A stretch of 64,000 nt of DNA. It comes from Flavobacterium sp. Its GTDB lineage: Bacteria; Bacteroidota; Bacteroidia; Flavobacteriales; Flavobacteriaceae. A program made the position numbers and the translations under genes. Below, piece by piece: positions 48,978 through 57,766 of the stretch (position 1 is its first letter; the number at the start of each line of letters is the position of its first letter). Below the pieces are notes generated by a model. The model saw only the letters and a list, made by a program, of their open reading frames with translations. It had not been told where the DNA came from and did no database searches. The stretch is from contig JAEUTY010000046.1 of the NCBI GenBank assembly GCA_016787805.1, positions 30,016 through 94,015 of the forward strand. The letters run 5' to 3'.

Positions 48978-49625
48978 ATGAGAACAATGATTCTTTTTCT
49001 GACTGTCTTACTAATTGGACACCAAACAACACAAGCGCAAAGTCAAACGAATCAATCTTTTAACACAAAAGAATACACAAGTTTGTCGGAGGCGCTCAAA
49101 AACCCAAAAGAAGTACTGCGATTGAATTTAAGTAACCAAAAGGAAGTTGTACCTTCTGATATTTGGTCAAAATTTGTGAACTTGGAATATTTAAGTTTAA
49201 AAAATGATCACCTAAAAAACATTCCAAGTCAAATTGGAACGTTAAAAAAATTGAAAGTTCTCGATTTGAGTGGAAACGACTTTACAGAACTTCCATCTGA
49301 ATTCAGTCAACTTGAAAATTTAGAAGAATTGTATTTGAACGATGAAACGAATATGAACTTACCAAAAACTATAGAAATCATGAGCAAACTACCCAAACTA
49401 AAATCACTGCATTTGGAAAACGATCAATTGGAAAATTTACCCAACAACATCAAACGATTGGATTATTTAGAGTTTTTGTACTTAAGTCAAAACCGTCTAA
49501 AAGAAATCCCGAAACAAATTGAAGGTTTACAACACCTTCAATACCTAGATGTTAAAGACAATAATATCAATTCTGAAATTCGCGACATGAAAAACTTAAA
49601 TTTTGGTTTTAAAATTAATTTTTAA
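48978..49625 (+). CDS. Secreted leucine-rich repeat protein
   Basis: Signal peptide MRTMILFLTVLLIGHQTTQAQ followed by about seven LRRs of ~23 aa (LxxLxLxxNxLxxIPxxI). Confidence 0.8.
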   Translation: MRTMILFLTVLLIGHQTTQAQSQTNQSFNTKEYTSLSEALKNPKEVLRLNLSNQKEVVPSDIWSKFVNLEYLSLKNDHLKNIPSQIGTLKKLKVLDLSGNDFTELPSEFSQLENLEELYLNDETNMNLPKTIEIMSKLPKLKSLHLENDQLENLPNNIKRLDYLEFLYLSQNRLKEIPKQIEGLQHLQYLDVKDNNINSEIRDMKNLNFGFKINF

Positions 49626-50330
49626 ATGATGGATGCCATTGTACCTTTATTATCGCTCATCGCTTTGGAAGTCATTTTGGGAATTGACAATATTATTTTC
49701 ATTTCGATACTCGCCGACAAATTACCCGAAAGCCAACGCAATAAACTGCGTTACTGGGGAATTGGTTTGGCTATGTTGATGCGACTGGCTTTACTAGCTT
49801 TAATTTCGTGGATTCTGAAACTTGACACTACTTTGTTTAGCATTTCTAATGTTGATTTTTCGGGAAAAGGAATCATTTTGATTGTTGGAGGATTATTTTT
49901 AATCTACAAAAGCACCAAAGAAATCTACCACAAAACCGAAACACTACAAAATTCAGCAGAAACATCAATCAAAAAAGGAAGTTTTGGACAACTTTTGGGA
50001 GAAGTTATTTTGCTTGATTTGGTTTTTTCAATCGATTCCATTATCACTGCAGTTGGCATGGTTCAAGAACTTTGGGTCATGTATACTGCAGTAATTGTAA
50101 CCGTAATTATAATGCTTTTGGCTTCCAAACCAATTAGCGCTTTTATCACCAAACATCCTTCTTTTAAAATTTTAGCTTTATGTTTTTTAATGATGATTGG
50201 CGTTTCATTAATTGCTGAAGGATTTCAATTCGAAATTCCAAAAGGATACATCTATTTCTCTATGGCTTTTGCCTTTTTAGTTGATGTCATTCAAATGAAA
50301 ACCATTCCAAATCCAACTACTCAAAAATAA
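49626..50330 (+). CDS. TerC-family integral membrane protein
   Basis: 234 aa. LEVILGIDNIIFISILA and LVFSIDSIITAVG are the paired TerC motifs. Its ATG abuts the LRR stop (TAAATG). Confidence 0.85.
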   Translation: MMDAIVPLLSLIALEVILGIDNIIFISILADKLPESQRNKLRYWGIGLAMLMRLALLALISWILKLDTTLFSISNVDFSGKGIILIVGGLFLIYKSTKEIYHKTETLQNSAETSIKKGSFGQLLGEVILLDLVFSIDSIITAVGMVQELWVMYTAVIVTVIIMLLASKPISAFITKHPSFKILALCFLMMIGVSLIAEGFQFEIPKGYIYFSMAFAFLVDVIQMKTIPNPTTQK

Positions 50331-50336
50331 GATATC

Positions 50337-51008
50337 ATGCAACAAATACTTTCAAACATCATCATTTCGGTCAACGACAAATTGTACGTCAAAAACCCTG
50401 AAACCTCTGAGTTAGGCAAAAAAATCATCGAACAAAGTATTATTTTGATTGATGAAATTGGTTTCGAAAATTTTACCTTTAAAAAACTAGGCGAGCGTAT
50501 TGGCTCTAACGAAAGCTCCATTTACCGTTACTTTGAAAGCAAACACAAATTGATGTTATACCTTTCATCATGGTATTGGGGCTGGATTGAATACAAATTG
50601 GTTTTTGCCACCAACAACATTTTTAATCCTTTTGAAAAACTGCGAAAAGGCATTCAAATTGTAACTGAAAAAGTACAAGATGACTCGGCCACTTTACACG
50701 TCAACGAGGCTATTCTGAATAAAATAATCATTGCTGAATTCACCAAAACACTAGTAACCAAAGAAGTTGATGAAGAAAATAAAGAAGGATTTTTCTTGGT
50801 GTACAAACGTGTCATCAATCGATTGGTGGAAATGATTACTGAGGTAAATCCTAAGTATGCCTTTGCTAAAAGTTTGGCTTCTTCAATTGTAGAAGGAGCT
50901 TTACACCAGCATTTTCTGTGTGATCATCTCAAAACCATTACCGATTGCGACGAAAGCATTTCACCCACTGATTTTTACTTGAATTTAGTTGAAAATACTT
51001 TAAAATAA
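50337..51008 (+). CDS. TetR/AcrR-family transcriptional regulator
   Basis: 223 aa with the N-terminal HTH FTFKKLGERIGSNESSIYRYFESKHKL. Confidence 0.75.
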   Translation: MQQILSNIIISVNDKLYVKNPETSELGKKIIEQSIILIDEIGFENFTFKKLGERIGSNESSIYRYFESKHKLMLYLSSWYWGWIEYKLVFATNNIFNPFEKLRKGIQIVTEKVQDDSATLHVNEAILNKIIIAEFTKTLVTKEVDEENKEGFFLVYKRVINRLVEMITEVNPKYAFAKSLASSIVEGALHQHFLCDHLKTITDCDESISPTDFYLNLVENTLK

Positions 51009-51012
51009 AACC

Positions 51013-52680
51013 ATGACACTCACTCCTTTACAACGATTTTACAACCTATTAAAACTCGATCGTAGAGACATTTCACAAATTTTCTTTTACGCTATTTTCG
51101 CTGGTTTGGTGAGTTTATCATTGCCTTTGGGCATACAAGCTATCATCAACCTTATTCAATCGGGAAGAGTTAGTATTTCTTGGATTGTACTTGTATTTAT
51201 AGTGGTAATTGGAGTTGCTTTAGTTGGCATTTTATCGCTGATGCAACTGCGCATTACCGAAAATTTGCAACAAAAAATATTTGTTCGCTCATCGTTTGAA
51301 TTTAGCTATCGATTGCCTAAAATTAAATTCGAAGAATTGTACAACCAATATCCGCCTGAATTGGCCAATCGTTTTTTTGATACGTTAACCATTCAAAAAG
51401 GAACTTCAAAATTGTTGATTGACTTTTCTTCTGCTTTATTGCAAATTGTATTCGGCATTATTCTTTTGTCATTGTACCATCCGTTTTTTATCGTGTTCGG
51501 ATTATTATTGTTGCTTTTACTCTATTCGATTTTCAAATTTTCTTACAACTCCGGACTTTCAAGCAGTTTGAAAGAATCCAAATACAAGTACAAAGTGGTG
51601 AGTTGGTTGCAAGAAATTGCCAGAAATAACTTTAGCTTTCGCAAAAAAGACAACTTTGAGTTTGCACTGGAAAAAAACAACCATTTAGTTGAGGAATACC
51701 TGAATTATCGAGAAAAACACTTTGGCATCATCAAAAGACAATTTACGCAACTCATTGTTTTTAAAGTTATTATTACCGCAAGTTTGCTGTTAATTGGAGG
51801 CTATTTGGTACTGAATCAGAAAATGAATATTGGTCAGTTTGTGGCTGCTGAAATCATTATTTTGTTGGTGATTAATTCGGTAGAAAAAATCATTATTGGA
51901 TTGGAAAGTTTGTACGATGTAATCACTTCTATTGAAAAAATAGGCCAAATTGTTGATTTACAAACAGAAGAACCCAACAGCAAATCCGTTGATTATTGTT
52001 TTACTAACATCAGCCTCGAAGCTGAAAACTTACGCTTTAAGTTTCCCGATTCAAATGATTACGTGATTGATAAAATTAACCTAAAAATCGAGCCTTCTGA
52101 AAAAATTTATCTGGAAGGAAATAATGGTTCAGGAAAAACCACGCTCATCCGAATTTTATCGGGATTATTGCAACCTTCTACTGGTTCGTTTTTCATCAAC
52201 GATGACACGTACCGAAAAATTGATTTAACACAATACCGTTCACAAATTGGCTCCATCATTACAGGCGAAACTCCGTTTGAAGGAACCATCCTAGAAAACC
52301 TAACTTTCAACAACCCAAATGTTCCCTATGAAAATATCAAATGGGCGATTGACAGTGTAAAATTAGGCGATTTTATCAAATCATTACCCAATGGATTAGA
52401 TAGCAAAATTTATCCAGAAGGCAAGCAACTTTCGTCTTCTAACGCTCAAAAAATTCTATTGGCTAGAAGCATCATCAACAAACCAAAAATTTTGTTCTAC
52501 GAAGATCCTTTAGACAAGATGGACGAAGACGCTGCCAAAGAAATCATCGATTTTATCACCGATGAAAAACACCAATGGACCGTAATTGTTTCCTCTAAAA
52601 ACGAGTATTGGAAACAAAAATGCAAGCGAAATATCATTATGAACGAAGGAAAAATTAGTTACGATTCAAAAGTAAATTAA
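51013..52680 (+). CDS. ABC exporter half-transporter (TMD-NBD) with a non-canonical nucleotide-binding domain
   Basis: 555 aa with a 6-TM type-I exporter domain followed by an NBD. Walker A is GNNGSGKTT, but the signature reads LSSSN, Walker B reads ILFYEDP, and the Q-loop and H-loop positions are substituted. Confidence 0.85.
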   Translation: MTLTPLQRFYNLLKLDRRDISQIFFYAIFAGLVSLSLPLGIQAIINLIQSGRVSISWIVLVFIVVIGVALVGILSLMQLRITENLQQKIFVRSSFEFSYRLPKIKFEELYNQYPPELANRFFDTLTIQKGTSKLLIDFSSALLQIVFGIILLSLYHPFFIVFGLLLLLLLYSIFKFSYNSGLSSSLKESKYKYKVVSWLQEIARNNFSFRKKDNFEFALEKNNHLVEEYLNYREKHFGIIKRQFTQLIVFKVIITASLLLIGGYLVLNQKMNIGQFVAAEIIILLVINSVEKIIIGLESLYDVITSIEKIGQIVDLQTEEPNSKSVDYCFTNISLEAENLRFKFPDSNDYVIDKINLKIEPSEKIYLEGNNGSGKTTLIRILSGLLQPSTGSFFINDDTYRKIDLTQYRSQIGSIITGETPFEGTILENLTFNNPNVPYENIKWAIDSVKLGDFIKSLPNGLDSKIYPEGKQLSSSNAQKILLARSIINKPKILFYEDPLDKMDEDAAKEIIDFITDEKHQWTVIVSSKNEYWKQKCKRNIIMNEGKISYDSKVN

Positions 52681-52682
52681 CC

Positions 52683-54029
52683 ATGCTGAATATCTCTAAA
52701 AAAAATCCGATTACCGAAAATATTGACCAATTCAGTTCTGTGCGCAATTTGTCGCATCGTCCGCATTACAAAATCCTAAATCGAATTATTGTTGGCGTAA
52801 CGATTTTGGTCTTCATTATTTTCTTTTTGCCTTGGACGCAAAACATCTCCGGTTCTGGAGCAGTTACAACTTTAAAACCCGATCAACGTCCTCAAACCAT
52901 TCACTCGGCTATTGCTGGACGAATTGAAAAATGGTACGTCAAAGAAGGTGATTACGTCAAAAAAGGCGACACAATTTTGTTCATCTCCGAAATTAAAGAA
53001 GAATATTTCGATCCTAATTTGGTCAACAATACCAAAAGTCAGGTCGATGCCAAAAAAATGGCAGTACAATCGTACGGAAGTAAAGTCAACACACTTTCGG
53101 CTCAAATTGCAGCTATCGAAAACGAAAAAGAATTAAAACTGCAACAAGCCAAAAATAAAATCCGTCAATCGCTGCTCAAAGTCAAAAGCGACAGTATGGA
53201 TTTGGAAGCAGTAAAAACACAAATCAAAATTGCCACTACGCAATTCAATCGCTCGGTTACACTCAACAAAGAAGGATTAAAACCATTGACCGATGTGGAA
53301 GAAAAACGGCTAAAATTGCAAGAAGTAGAAGCCAAAATCATCACACAAGAAAACAAATTATTGGCCAGCCGAAACGAATTAATCAATGCCAAAGTCGAAG
53401 TCAACCGAATCTCAGCCGAATATGCAGAAAAAGCATCCAAAGCCAAAAGCGATCAATATACAGCCTTGAGCAGTCAATACGACACCGAAGCGCAAGTCAA
53501 CAAATTGCAGAATCAATACGTGAATTACCAAATTCGCAATGGCATGTATTACATCAAAGCACCACAAAATGGCTACGTAAACCGTGCGTTGCAATCGGGA
53601 ATTGGTGAGACTATCAAAGAAGGAACGCAAATTGTGAGCATCATGCCTGAGAAATACGATATTGCCGTTGAAACTTACGTCTCTCCTACCGATTTGCCTT
53701 TAATTCACAAAGGCGAAAAAGTACGTGTTTGGTTCGATGGTTGGCCAACTGTAGTATTTTCGGGTTGGCCGAATATGAGCTACGGAACCTTTGGTGGAAA
53801 AATTGTTGCGGTTGAAAATTTTATTAGTCCCAATGGCAAGTTCAGGGTTTTGATTGCACCCGACGAAAACGAAGCTCCTTGGCCAAAACAAGTCAGCATT
53901 GGTTCTGGCGCGCAAACTTTAGCGCTGCTCGACAACGTTCCTGTTTGGTTTGAATTGTGGCGTACACTCAACGGTTTTCCGCCCAATTATTATCAACCAC
54001 AAAACAAAGCAACAACAGATAAAAAGTGA
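52683..54029 (+). CDS. HlyD-family secretion/membrane-fusion protein
   Basis: 448 aa with an N-terminal TM anchor, a biotinyl-lipoyl-like motif (GDYVKKGDTILFI), a long coiled coil and a C-terminal barrel. Confidence 0.85.
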   Translation: MLNISKKNPITENIDQFSSVRNLSHRPHYKILNRIIVGVTILVFIIFFLPWTQNISGSGAVTTLKPDQRPQTIHSAIAGRIEKWYVKEGDYVKKGDTILFISEIKEEYFDPNLVNNTKSQVDAKKMAVQSYGSKVNTLSAQIAAIENEKELKLQQAKNKIRQSLLKVKSDSMDLEAVKTQIKIATTQFNRSVTLNKEGLKPLTDVEEKRLKLQEVEAKIITQENKLLASRNELINAKVEVNRISAEYAEKASKAKSDQYTALSSQYDTEAQVNKLQNQYVNYQIRNGMYYIKAPQNGYVNRALQSGIGETIKEGTQIVSIMPEKYDIAVETYVSPTDLPLIHKGEKVRVWFDGWPTVVFSGWPNMSYGTFGGKIVAVENFISPNGKFRVLIAPDENEAPWPKQVSIGSGAQTLALLDNVPVWFELWRTLNGFPPNYYQPQNKATTDKK

Positions 54030-54030
54030 T

Positions 54031-54151
54031 TTTTTTAGGAGCAAAAGGTTCGGGCTTTCTTGTAATCCATATTCCTGCTCTCGTCAGTCGCTTTAACTTA
54101 TTTGATCAATAAGTTAAGAGCTTCAACAATGACGAGATCAGGGCTAAAAAA
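54031..54151. repeat. 121-nt nested inverted-repeat element between hlyD and tolC
   Basis: Terminal inverted repeats TTTTTTAG (54031-38) and CTAAAAAA (54144-51). Inner stems are CTCGTCA/TGACGAG (54080-86/54130-36) and TTAACTTATT/AATAAGTTAA (54093-102/54108-117). Confidence 0.6.
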
Positions 54152-54172
54152 CAAACTAAAGGCATCAAAATA

Positions 54173-55555
54173 ATGAATTTTAAAGTACTTTTTTTTATTC
54201 TATTGACCACTTGGGCTTCGGCTCAAACTTCCAATGTACTCACTTACAACGAGTATTTGGGTTATGTGAAAAAGTTTCATCCTATGGTCAAAAGCGCCAA
54301 TTTGCAAGTCAGTAGCGCGCAAGCCAATTTGATGATGGCTCGCGGTGGTTTTGATCCTAAAATTGAAGTTGATTTTGACCAAAAGCAATTCAAAGACAAA
54401 GAATATTACTCGCTACTCAACAGCAGTTTCAAAATTCCAACTTGGTACGGAATCGAAATCAAAGCTGGATTTGACAATAGTGAAGGCATTTACGTCAATC
54501 CGCAAAACACCTTACCCAATCAAGGTTTAACTTCTCTCGGAATCAATGTTCCAATTGGTCAAGGTTTATTAATCAACCAACGAATGGCCGATTTACGCAA
54601 GGCCAAAATTCAGGTACAACTGAGCGAAGCCGAGCGTAAACTGCAAGCCGTTGAAGTAGTGTATGACGCTTCTGTTGCTTATTTCAATTGGAAACGCAAT
54701 TACAATGAAGTAGAATTGTACAAAAACTATTTAAAAAATGCCAAAATCCGATTCAATGGAATTGAACAATTGATCAAAAACGGAGACAAGCCTGCTATAG
54801 ATAGTGTTGAAGCAGGCATTATTGTTCGTAACCGTCAACTCAGTTTAGAAGAATCGGAGTTGAAATTAGCCAAAGCCAAACTAGAATTAGCTAATTTTTT
54901 ATGGTTAGATAATAACATTCCTTTAGAGTTGCAAGACACTATCATTCCGGAAGAAAATTTGGAACAAACCATCAAAGAAACCTTGCGTACAAATGATTTA
55001 ATGCTCGCCAATCCAGTAATTGACAATCATCCGAAAATTGATGCTTTGGAAAACAAAATCGGTATTTTAGAAATTGACCGCAAGCTCAAAGCCAATCAGT
55101 TATTGCCGAAAATTGATTTAGGTTACCATTATCTATCAGAACCCAACGCATTTTCGTCTACTGACTTTAACAATTATAAATTGGGCGTGAATTTTAGCTT
55201 TCCCATTTTCTTACGCAAAGAACGAGGCAGTTTGAAAATAACCGAGTTTAAATTGCAAGACACGCAATATGAACTCCGTTTACAAAAAGTGCAATTAACC
55301 AATAAAATTAATGCACAACAAACTGAAATCAATGCATTGGAACGGCAACGAAAATTAATTAACAATTTGGTTAGCGATTATGCTACTATGTTAAATTCAG
55401 AAGAACGTTTGTTTTCGTTTGGCGAAAGTTCCATTTTTTTGATTAATTCGCGTGAAAACAATTTGGTAAGTGCCCAATTATCGCAATTGAGCCTAGAAAA
55501 TCGCTTTTTCACTTCCAATGCTACATTGTTTAAAATTATGGCGAACCCAGATTAA
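54173..55555 (+). CDS. TolC-family outer membrane protein
   Basis: 460 aa with a signal peptide (LLTTWASAQ) and two coiled-coil/beta repeats. It is the last gene of the exporter array. Confidence 0.8.
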   Translation: MNFKVLFFILLTTWASAQTSNVLTYNEYLGYVKKFHPMVKSANLQVSSAQANLMMARGGFDPKIEVDFDQKQFKDKEYYSLLNSSFKIPTWYGIEIKAGFDNSEGIYVNPQNTLPNQGLTSLGINVPIGQGLLINQRMADLRKAKIQVQLSEAERKLQAVEVVYDASVAYFNWKRNYNEVELYKNYLKNAKIRFNGIEQLIKNGDKPAIDSVEAGIIVRNRQLSLEESELKLAKAKLELANFLWLDNNIPLELQDTIIPEENLEQTIKETLRTNDLMLANPVIDNHPKIDALENKIGILEIDRKLKANQLLPKIDLGYHYLSEPNAFSSTDFNNYKLGVNFSFPIFLRKERGSLKITEFKLQDTQYELRLQKVQLTNKINAQQTEINALERQRKLINNLVSDYATMLNSEERLFSFGESSIFLINSRENNLVSAQLSQLSLENRFFTSNATLFKIMANPD

Positions 55556-55566
55556 AAAAAAATATT

Positions 55567-55574
55567 TATATTTG
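55567..55574 (+). promoter_or_regulatory. -7 promoter box (TATATTTG) about 100 nt upstream of the NUMOD4/HNH-like gene
   Basis: TAnnTTTG match. The leader contains the hairpin TCGTTTAAAA-CTCCA-TTTTAAACGA. Confidence 0.35.
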
Positions 55575-55675
55575 CTTTTAGAACTGACTTATTTTTATCT
55601 ATGTGGCTTATTCGTTTAAAACTCCATTTTAAACGATTAGTTGCTGTTATGAATGAATTTTAAACAACATTAGAA

Positions 55676-56260
55676 ATGAACACTGTTAAAATTTATCCTG
55701 GTGAAGAGTTTAAAGAAATTGAACTCGAAGACAAATTAATTTTTCGTTATGCCATTTCCAACAGAGGTCGTCTTATAAGTTTTACAGACGATATGAAGAA
55801 AGGACGTCTTTTGAAAGGAAGTACGGCAGATGGTTACAAGTTATTCCGTTATAAATTTGTTAGAAATGGGGTAACTGTCAATAAAAATTATTTTTTATAC
55901 AAATTAGTTGCCAAGTATTTCCTTCCGCCACCAACAGAAAATCAAGTTCAAGTATTGCACTTGGACCGAGTAAGAGACAATGATGATTACCGTAACTTGC
56001 GTTGGGCGACCAAAGAAGAAGCCATGGAATTTTACCGCAACAGTCCATTTGTAATTCAAGCAAAGAAAAATTTGATTGAACACAACATCAAATCAGATGG
56101 TAAAAAACTCACCGTTACCAAAGTGATGTTAATTAAAAAACTATTGGCAAAACCCAACCAAAAAACACGCCTAAAAATGATTGCAAAGCAATTTGGCGTA
56201 AGCGAAATGCAAATCAGAAGAATTAAAAGTGGGGAAAATTGGGGGCATATTAAAATTTAA
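55676..56260 (+). CDS. Free-standing NUMOD4 / HNH_3-like homing-endonuclease-type protein with a C-terminal HTH
   Basis: 194 aa with a NUMOD4-like start (EEFKEIE...YAISNRGRLIS), an HNH_3-like core (VLHLDRVRDNDDYRNLRW) and the C-terminal FGVSEMQIRRIKSGENWGHI. Confidence 0.55.
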   Translation: MNTVKIYPGEEFKEIELEDKLIFRYAISNRGRLISFTDDMKKGRLLKGSTADGYKLFRYKFVRNGVTVNKNYFLYKLVAKYFLPPPTENQVQVLHLDRVRDNDDYRNLRWATKEEAMEFYRNSPFVIQAKKNLIEHNIKSDGKKLTVTKVMLIKKLLAKPNQKTRLKMIAKQFGVSEMQIRRIKSGENWGHIKI

Positions 56261-56394
56261 TTGACACCATTTTACAAAAAAAGGTGTAAACCTCATCAAA
56301 GTAGAATAATTTACTATAAAAAGTAGTTGTTAGCTATTTCGACAACAAAGTTTGATTTTGTTGCCAAAATACCTAACAAAACTTACGCGTAAAT

Positions 56395-57111
56395 TTATTG
56401 ATTCATTGGAATTTCCATCACTAAAAACTTAGCATTTGTAGTGGCTTTGATTTCGATTTCATTGGTATTCCAAATGCCAATAGCATCTCTTTTTTCTAGT
56501 TTTTCACCATCAACTTCAATTTCACCTTCGATGTTCATAATGTAAAAACCGTTACCTTCTTTTTTTAAGCTTAATTTTTTGGAGAAATCCGCATCAAAAT
56601 CACTCAAATAAAACCATGCATCTTGGTAAATCCAAACGCCAGCATCATCAGGATTTGGAGACAAAATTTGAGCAAAGTTGTTTTTTTGTTCGGTTACATC
56701 CAAAGTAATTTGTTGGTAGCGTGGTTCAACATTTCGAAATTTTGGGAACAACCAAATTTGAAATAGTTTGGTGTGTTGGTCGTGATTGGGGTTGAATTCG
56801 CTGTGTTGGATTCCGGTTCCAGCACTCATCACTTGCACATCACCTGTTTTAATAGTTGCGACATTTCCCATGCTGTCTTTGTGTGCCAAATCGCCTTCGA
56901 GAGGAATCGTGATGATTTCCATATTGTCGTGCGGATGCGTTCCGAAGCCCATTCCGGCGGCTACGGTATCGTCATTTAAAACGCGTAGCATTCCAAATTG
57001 CACTCTATCAGGATTGTACCAATTGGCAAAACTAAAACTATGATATGCATTGAGCCAACCGTGATTGGCATGACCGCGAGAATTGGCTTTGTGTAGGACT
57101 GTGTTTTTCAT
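56395..57111 (-). CDS. Pirin-family protein
   Basis: 238 aa bicupin with the metal site GFGTHPHDNMEIITIPLEG. Confidence 0.9.
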   Translation of the reverse strand: MKNTVLHKANSRGHANHGWLNAYHSFSFANWYNPDRVQFGMLRVLNDDTVAAGMGFGTHPHDNMEIITIPLEGDLAHKDSMGNVATIKTGDVQVMSAGTGIQHSEFNPNHDQHTKLFQIWLFPKFRNVEPRYQQITLDVTEQKNNFAQILSPNPDDAGVWIYQDAWFYLSDFDADFSKKLSLKKEGNGFYIMNIEGEIEVDGEKLEKRDAIGIWNTNEIEIKATTNAKFLVMEIPMNQ

Positions 57112-57190
57112 ATCGCTATAAATTTAGTAAATATTATGATACAAATTTACATCGATACGATAGGTAAAGCACTTAATGTAGATTAAGAAA

Positions 57191-57766
57191 TTATTTTTGA
57201 AATAATCGACTTTTCATCTTACTAAAAAACTCAGGAGTAACACCAATGTAAGAAGCCAAATGTTTTTGAGCCACTTTTTGAATTAAACTAGGATATTTTT
57301 TACACATTTTTTCAAATCGCTCTTCGGCCGATAAACTCAAATTATCCATCAATCGTTCTTGATGTGAAACCAACGAATTTTCAGCTAATATTCTAAAAAA
57401 ACGTTCTAATTTTGGAATCTGTTGGTACAATTCCTGGTGGTTTTTTTTGGAAATGGAAATCACTTCGGCCTCTTCCAACACTTCGATAAAAAGATGGCCT
57501 GGTTTTTCAGAAATATAGCTGTACATATCAGCAATCCACCAGCCTTCGCAAGCAAAATGCAAGACATGTTCGTTGATGTTATCGTTGATGTTGAAACTGC
57601 GTAAAATTCCAGAGTTTACAAAATAAGTGTGTTTTGAAATCTCGCCAGCACTCAATAAAATCGTTTTTGATTTGTAAACATGTGTTTCCGTTTTCGATAA
57701 AAAAAGTGCTTGCTCCTCTGAAGTTAAATCAACATGCTTGGCAATGTTTTGAAGAATGAGTGACAT
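57191..57766 (-). CDS. Crp/Fnr-family transcriptional regulator
   Basis: 191 aa with a cNMP-binding-like beta-roll and the C-terminal HTH QKHLASYIGVTPEFFSKMK. Confidence 0.85.
   Translation of the reverse strand: MSLILQNIAKHVDLTSEEQALFLSKTETHVYKSKTILLSAGEISKHTYFVNSGILRSFNINDNINEHVLHFACEGWWIADMYSYISEKPGHLFIEVLEEAEVISISKKNHQELYQQIPKLERFFRILAENSLVSHQERLMDNLSLSAEERFEKMCKKYPSLIQKVAQKHLASYIGVTPEFFSKMKSRLFQK

Noticed and set aside
49560-49640. yybP-ykoY manganese riboswitch in front of the TerC-family gene
   Set aside because: There is no leader. The TerC ATG directly abuts the stop codon of the LRR gene (TAAATG).
54124-54172. 14-codon mini-ORF (MTRSGLKNKLKASK) just before tolC, considered as a possible exported peptide or leader
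   Set aside because: It lies inside the right arm of the inverted-repeat element, has no leader or signal features, and is too short to support without conservation or ribosome data.
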